A stretch of DNA of 64,000 nt from Candidatus Poseidoniaceae archaeon (GTDB lineage: Archaea > Thermoplasmatota > Poseidoniia > Poseidoniales > Poseidoniaceae), in contig CALKGM010000005.1 in assembly GCA_938084675.1 (NCBI GenBank), positions 30,050-94,049 of the forward strand. Direction: 5' to 3'. Positions 59,701-64,000 of this stretch are shown one piece after another. Made by a program: the position numbers and the translations under genes. The notes beneath the pieces were generated by a model that had not been told where the DNA came from, made no database searches, and saw only the letters and a program-made list of their open reading frames with translations. The stretch's first letter is position 1; each line of letters opens with the position of its first letter.

Positions 59701-62700
59701 ACGATGATGCATGGGCAAACGAGACATTGACCATTCCAAACATTGACCTGACCAGCATGGCAGGGGATTTCGTTTCGTTGAACTTTGAGTATTATGCTGA
59801 CACGTTCTACACCACCGACCAAAGTGGAAACATTGATCCAAGCGATTATGCACTGATGATGGTGGATTATGAAAAGTCCACTCCAACAGGCTCAGAGAAC
59901 TATTCTGGTCTTGTCTTTGCTCAGTGGAACGACTACAATGAGGATGGAACTTGCCAGAACGACGATGATGGAAACGGAATTGTCAACGCCTCCGAATCGA
60001 TTGACTTCACCGAACTCGACTACATTGGTGACCGAGCAAACGAAGCCGGCACGGGCAACTATAACGTATTCTTCAACACAGAGGAACTCGTTAAGACAAC
60101 CAGTATTGATTTGACTCACCTTTACGTCCAGAACCGTTCATCTCCAGACTCTTCTCAGTGGTTCTCTGAATGTATTTCCCTACAAGGGTCGACTGTAGAC
60201 ATCAACTTTGAATTCCAATCTGATGAAGATGGAAGAAACGGCATAAACGACGGATTCAAAGGCGTAGGTATCAACAACATCTCATTGCAGGAATACACCT
60301 TCGTTGAAGATGCAACCTACACCACAACACGAACTGGTGTTGATGCTGAAGATGTCGCCACAAGTGTGATTGCATCCCACGAATTCGTTTCAGGCGTCTA
60401 TCGACTTGACGTCAAGACCATCTTTGACAACGGGACAGTTGGAACCAACTGGTACAACAACAACGAACTTTCTACTGCAAACAACATCGAGCGAGTTATT
60501 TTCAATGTTGAATCCGTTGACATCACCATCGGTAGGCCGAAAAAGTTGACATGCCAAACCGACCAAACCCTACCGTGCGTTCTCCCAATCGATAGCGCAT
60601 TGACACACTCTTGGGAATTCCAAGCCACCAACGGAGTGCTCGCAGGCGAGTACATATTCTACATGGAAGTCGTTGATATGGCCGACGGAACCACAGCACA
60701 TTTGGTTGACTCAGGAGCTTCCATAAGTCTGCAAAGTCAGGAAAAGACAGATGTCACGTTTACACCATGGAACGGATGGATTGACGGACATACCTACAAC
60801 ATTAGTTTCTACGGAGAACTTACCGACGGAACACAAAAAGGAACTCCACGGTTCTTCTATGCAACTTTCGCTGACAACATTGACATTGCTATCCTTTCAG
60901 ATACTTCAACGGAGACTGGAATTATCAAGGAAGATCTCGCTATCCTTGGATTGACATACACTCAATACGAGATTGGAGACTGGGACAAATACTTCGACGC
61001 TGGATGGTTCACACATTACGACAAAATCATCCTACCTATGCAGGACTTGAATGCTGCCAAGGATACCGATCAAGGTGGAGATGGATACTATCAGGCACTC
61101 GCAGACCCTGCTCAGCGAAAGACCGTCCTAACCAACTTCATGTCTGCTGGTGGGACAATTCAGGCTCACTTTGCACCGCATGGTGAACAGGTCTATGGAA
61201 AGGATTCAACCTCCCGGCTTCCGTTTAACCTAGATATCAAGGAAAAGACTGAGGCGGATAAACAAATCACATACGCCAAGATGGATTTGGCCGACCCGTA
61301 CCATCCAATAATGGATAACGTGGCGCCCAACTCTTTCCAAGGATTTACTGCTCTTGGCGACACTGTCGTTGCAAACGGCGTCATCAGCACCTCAAGTGTA
61401 ACTCAGACCGAAATACCGACCGTTTGCGGTGGAGGATACATGGAAAGTGGTGGAGAATTCCAACGCATTATTCGCTCAAATGACAACATCCAGGATACGC
61501 TCCTAGGAGTTTGCAGTTATTCGCAAGGAGGGCTCATCGTCACGACCATTGACGTCGCAGGAAATTCAAATCGTGCAAACGATTCAACATTCCCACTCCT
61601 TGGTAATCTCTTGAAGTACCAAGTTACACCCTATCCTGAAGGATTTGATAATGAAGACATCACCATCAACGGAGAAGTCCCAGATAACAATCCAAATACC
61701 AACGGATATAAGGTGCGTTACATGAAGAGCAACGCTACACTCACCTTTGATTTCCTCAGCGACACTGAAGCATCTCTACATGCGGACTGGGTTATTGATG
61801 GTCCAAACGATTGGGCTGGAAACACCCTAGCAAACGGAAACACTGGCCACACATCTGAACAGATGCCGGTAAAGAAATTCTGCAAGATCGACTTGTCATC
61901 CCTAACGAAATGTGCTCAGGGAGAAGAGTGGCACATCACGCTTTTCCTCCATGATGATGAAGGACACTCTCGCCAGTTGAAAGTCACCGTACAAACCAAC
62001 GATGCAGAAGCTGATGAATTCATCCCAATAGCCGAAGGTGAAGTTGATATCCGAGATACATATGAGGATTTCATCTCTATGGGAGAGCCTCAAACCTACC
62101 AAGGGGTGGATTATGATGAATACCGAATCGTCCTCCAAGAGGATAGTGGGGAACTGGTCGTCCACTTTGACGCAAGCAACTCATCTGACGCAGATGCTCT
62201 CACCGGAAACGGAATTGAGAGTTACGAGTGGAAGGTTCTCTACGACGCAAAATATGGCGACGATGACTACCGACTGCTTGGTGACACTTACACTCAAACT
62301 GCCGCAAGCGGTGGTTTGTGGTCCTACAAGTTCCAGAATGTCACTGTTGACGAAACTGGTTCAATTGAGAATTCAATCAAGATTGAACTAACTGTCACAG
62401 ATAGTGCTGGACGTGTTTCCGAGGAATACCGAATGTATTTCGTGATTCTTGCTGAAGGCATGGGTGACGAGCCAGTAGACTTTACATGGACGCAGGAATC
62501 CCAGAATGGAACTCAGTTCACCGACGATAACATTACCTTGAGTGGTGAAATTTTGAGCGGGTCTGAAGATAGCGACGTCTACATTGAAGTCGCTTTCAAC
62601 AGCGGTGATTTCGACTTAGGGGGCTTCGATAAATTCGAATTGAGTGAAGACTTCCTTGGCCCTGGAAATCAACTTTGGGACAAGACAGATAAGCTTGCCA

Positions 62701-63452
62701 ACGGAGACAACTGGGAACTTACCCTGAACTTGAAGAGCTTCTACGATAACGAAACCCCACAGTCAGTAACCGTTTACCTCTTGGTGTACGAAGGTGCTGA
62801 CGCAACCAAAGACGCAGACCGCATCTACCGAGAAATCACCATCAACCTCCCAATCTGTCAGGGAACTGAAATCGACCCTGCTGCAGAAGCAGCTGGTGGA
62901 CGCTGGATTATGAACGACAATGACGAGTGTGAATGGTCTGGAGCATGGACATTTGACCCATCTACAGGCCTTTGGGCTGATGCAACTCCCTCTGGAGACG
63001 GTACTGAAGGAGGTTCGGACGGACTGGACTCAACAATGCTGATCGCTGCCGGAGGACTCCTTCTACTCATCATCGTAGGGACCCTGATGTTCATGCGCCG
63101 TGGCGGAGAAAAGGAAGATACCTTTGGAGACATGGGTGGGGCCTTTGGCACCGATGCACTTGACCCAACAGAGCAATATGTCCAGCAACTCATCGCTCAG
63201 GGCTATCCTGAAGAGACTGCTCGTGCATTCGCTGCACAATACGTCGGTGGAGATGCCGCAGGTGCAGCCGCTCAACCAGCAGCCCAAGCTGCTGTTGCTC
63301 AGCCAGCCGTCGCTCAACCTGCCGCTGGTGGATTCGACCAGGCGATTTACGAACAGTACTATCAGCAATTTGTTGGCCAAGGCTACGATGCTGCGACAGC
63401 GGCTGCCTACGCTCAGCAATATGCAATCCAGTACGCTCAATCGCAGCAGTGA
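56721..63452 (+). CDS. Giant (about 2,243 aa) acidic surface/adhesin-like protein: signal peptide, FG-GAP/VCBS-like repeats, many beta-rich domains, C-terminal TM and Q/A/Y-rich cytoplasmic tail
   Basis: MSMLSNNDLSRARARSLFLSLLMILSTTAALATTASA. FG-GAP-like GDFDCDGNNDLAIAT, GEFTGDNAPDIVIY and HDLNGDGEPDFVNP. TM segment MLIAAGGLLLLIIVGTLMFM (63036-63095). The tail carries a duplicated QGY...A(Y/F)AxQY motif. Confidence 0.8.
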   Translation: MSMLSNNDLSRARARSLFLSLLMILSTTAALATTASASVSRTYTTNRDPVDVAIGDFDCDGNNDLAIATEGTHTLSILWNDGNGDFSERQDVWVTGNQSRNAEWDSFANVEQVEVGEFTGDNAPDIVIYQKNNPFKTDDQGQPAGEPGNITIIENGGCGQKDWSIGERFTHFWVWDMAVGNADQTGGDDIYVLDITDVSPGNQRVVTYSGPITSNSQGLVTTLGASSQNTYRSIQVGDWGETQSSITGSCTDDDIFLLRSEGIDYASGTVTNPGNDDNVSIIEYDCAASGVAPGYPISYTYGSNQANTHIVNMQTTTTEDFAISDVSGGGYIDTIAVMDGNLENVSYSQTSSQGTFGSPQKAYFGPYISWAIAVHDLNGDGEPDFVNPTIAYQQNTTDSAGGSTSNFFLSFPTTVQVTLSDGNGGHVSPLSYVTGRRPSSVDIGQLSGGPNSAEDLVIGQTQYNFGGWRDNFGWEGQYDTLTIVEMDNKDLAVTDLEISPVDRFFGAVGEGTRNINVSVTNTGMDTLNGQSADLEVTLKIVDELNSSNSTVYSNDWDTPEVKTGCGSGCNWAFEEYVDGATNWHLETNHSVGASSGNNDPNVSANYLNPTDFMWAGDMKTNQSGDQWSGYGRNWDDSMVLEDVDLTGADRAFMSVELFQHLGLGALGNSDGNGFIVGDVWDDLAIIEVGSEETGWSLIGCPQQAALQGACASGESIWGGFDNDRMYKQNFWGADENQIVYYGLFSPGTYYGWNNFTEEGLGSFDLSEWAGETVDVRFRFRTGFEGSTADDNESRWSGRDGFAVDNLTIWKQNTAFLPNPQTQTTTIGPLNNLEPGQEYTTSIQANLLNDTTYRISAIISNNAWDEQSINDDAIGFVTPFNLFDPAVEGIEGFLPGGLYAEGMFDIGVTTNNWGNTPVDFDIEATVYSATPSDVFCGASNSVCEEDFTADSDGYLHEENQNPKGVIYGENSCSTKIFNSNAYWFGHPCDTSTNGYDDAWANETLTIPNIDLTSMAGDFVSLNFEYYADTFYTTDQSGNIDPSDYALMMVDYEKSTPTGSENYSGLVFAQWNDYNEDGTCQNDDDGNGIVNASESIDFTELDYIGDRANEAGTGNYNVFFNTEELVKTTSIDLTHLYVQNRSSPDSSQWFSECISLQGSTVDINFEFQSDEDGRNGINDGFKGVGINNISLQEYTFVEDATYTTTRTGVDAEDVATSVIASHEFVSGVYRLDVKTIFDNGTVGTNWYNNNELSTANNIERVIFNVESVDITIGRPKKLTCQTDQTLPCVLPIDSALTHSWEFQATNGVLAGEYIFYMEVVDMADGTTAHLVDSGASISLQSQEKTDVTFTPWNGWIDGHTYNISFYGELTDGTQKGTPRFFYATFADNIDIAILSDTSTETGIIKEDLAILGLTYTQYEIGDWDKYFDAGWFTHYDKIILPMQDLNAAKDTDQGGDGYYQALADPAQRKTVLTNFMSAGGTIQAHFAPHGEQVYGKDSTSRLPFNLDIKEKTEADKQITYAKMDLADPYHPIMDNVAPNSFQGFTALGDTVVANGVISTSSVTQTEIPTVCGGGYMESGGEFQRIIRSNDNIQDTLLGVCSYSQGGLIVTTIDVAGNSNRANDSTFPLLGNLLKYQVTPYPEGFDNEDITINGEVPDNNPNTNGYKVRYMKSNATLTFDFLSDTEASLHADWVIDGPNDWAGNTLANGNTGHTSEQMPVKKFCKIDLSSLTKCAQGEEWHITLFLHDDEGHSRQLKVTVQTNDAEADEFIPIAEGEVDIRDTYEDFISMGEPQTYQGVDYDEYRIVLQEDSGELVVHFDASNSSDADALTGNGIESYEWKVLYDAKYGDDDYRLLGDTYTQTAASGGLWSYKFQNVTVDETGSIENSIKIELTVTDSAGRVSEEYRMYFVILAEGMGDEPVDFTWTQESQNGTQFTDDNITLSGEILSGSEDSDVYIEVAFNSGDFDLGGFDKFELSEDFLGPGNQLWDKTDKLANGDNWELTLNLKSFYDNETPQSVTVYLLVYEGADATKDADRIYREITINLPICQGTEIDPAAEAAGGRWIMNDNDECEWSGAWTFDPSTGLWADATPSGDGTEGGSDGLDSTMLIAAGGLLLLIIVGTLMFMRRGGEKEDTFGDMGGAFGTDALDPTEQYVQQLIAQGYPEETARAFAAQYVGGDAAGAAAQPAAQAAVAQPAVAQPAAGGFDQAIYEQYYQQFVGQGYDAATAAAYAQQYAIQYAQSQQ

Positions 63453-63832
63453 CAGGGACAGACACATGACGATGGACGACCTATCGTCCGTTGGCCATGG
63501 AGAAGGCTTTGATGACGCAGGAGCTGTTCTTAGAGAGGCTGGGGGAACATTACCCTGAGTTCATCGCTTGAGAGCCACAGGTAAAGCAAGTGACCTGAGA
63601 TATCCAGCGATTGCCGGCAAGAACGGGTACGACAACGTGCCCTCAGTAAATCGATGCCAGACTATACTCCGAGTTATTGAAGAAGGTTCCAATGGACCCG
63701 GTAGTGTACCTGACCTCTAAGGAGGAAAAAACTCGGGCCTTTCTAGAACAAAATTGGACACGTTGGGCTTAGCATTGGTATGCTATCTCCGCAACAAACC
63801 GCCTATCTTGACGATTACCCTGCTAACGTAAA

Positions 63833-64000
63833 TCACTCTTCTTCGTAAGGGCGCAGGCCCTCATGATCATCTTCCTCAACCTCGTCGTCATAGAAGGAAT
63901 GGTGGGCCTCAAAATCGGGGAGTCGTTGCTTCCAATTCTTTGGAAGAGATGCCCCTCTGTCAATGATTTTCAGCATGCGTTCCTGCCATGATCTAGGTTT
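63833..64000 (-). CDS. Possible 3' end of a gene running off the window (acidic C-terminus ...FYDDEVEEDDHEGLRPYEEE*)
   Basis: Hand translation of the minus strand shows 55 sense codons open from the window edge to a TGA at 63835..63833. No homology recognised. It could be a chance ORF. Confidence 0.3.
   Translation of the reverse strand, partial: KPRSWQERMLKIIDRGASLPKNWKQRLPDFEAHHSFYDDEVEEDDHEGLRPYEEE

Noticed and set aside
63508-63558. Possible C/D-box sRNA: UUGAUGA at 63509-63515 and CUGA at 63555-63558, 39 nt apart
   Set aside because: The internal D' and C' boxes are badly degenerate (CUGU, UAGAGA) and wrongly spaced. There is no convincing terminal stem, and the C box starts with U rather than R.
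63690-63835. Blocks reminiscent of RNase P RNA in the right order and spacing: GGAGGAAAAAACTCGGGCC (compare CR-I GAGGAAAGUCCGGGC), then GCAACAAACCGCC about 52 nt later (compare E. coli GCAACAGAGAGCAAACCGCC), then GTAAGGG
   Set aside because: The near-universal GAAAGUCC core is not intact (AAAAACUC). Only about 150 nt are available before an apparently coding minus-strand ORF. The 3' P4 strand cannot be found inside the window. This is kept only as a reason to run cmsearch on the spacer.

Overview
Gene-dense segment (about 90% coding, about 50% GC) that reads as archaeal. It carries the canonical archaeal block rpl7ae-rps28e-rpl24e-ndk-aIF5B (31.7-35.0 kb), deoxyhypusine synthase, geranylgeranyl reductase, an archaeal-type phosphoglycolate phosphatase and a tRNA-Ile(GAU). 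These sit beside many bacterial-looking genes: uvrB, a ccmF-like gene, a Soj-type parA, a liuB-liuC-liuD-like methylcrotonyl-CoA carboxylase operon, an RND/MMPL transporter, a Zn/Cd-type P1B ATPase, aconitase, a two-subunit 2-oxoacid:ferredoxin oxidoreductase, and ubiD-ubiA. This mosaic, the giant acidic FG-GAP/thrombospondin-type-3 surface proteins and the lipobox lipoproteins fit a marine planktonic heterotrophic euryarchaeon (Poseidoniales/MG-II-like). That assignment is my inference, not a database result. I saw no rRNA, CRISPR array, transposase or integrase. The genome is extremely compact: there are many ATGA start/stop overlaps, and convergent genes share or abut stop codons. That makes the two long non-coding stretches stand out: a 300-bp AT-rich motif-laden island at 29.4-29.7 kb and a 380-nt convergent spacer at 63.45-63.83 kb. 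The most interesting candidates are listed here. (1) A minus-strand run at 37.7-43.8 kb: Cys-free winged-helix protein, triple zinc-ribbon protein, about 850-aa coiled-coil protein with C-terminal short linear repeats, then a membrane-anchored beta-propeller/TSP3 surface protein. I cannot assign this run to any described system. (2) A parA + ribbon-helix-helix + 87-aa gene cassette, which looks SegAB-like. (3) The AT-rich iterated-motif island in front of a tandem PRC-barrel gene. (4) A GxGD intramembrane protease fused to a large ectodomain. (5) A four-ligand Cys/His insert in aIF5B. (6) A 2,243-aa adhesin-like protein with a duplicated QGY...A(Y/F)AxQY motif in its cytoplasmic tail. All family assignments rest on motifs read by eye and need HMM or structure searches.
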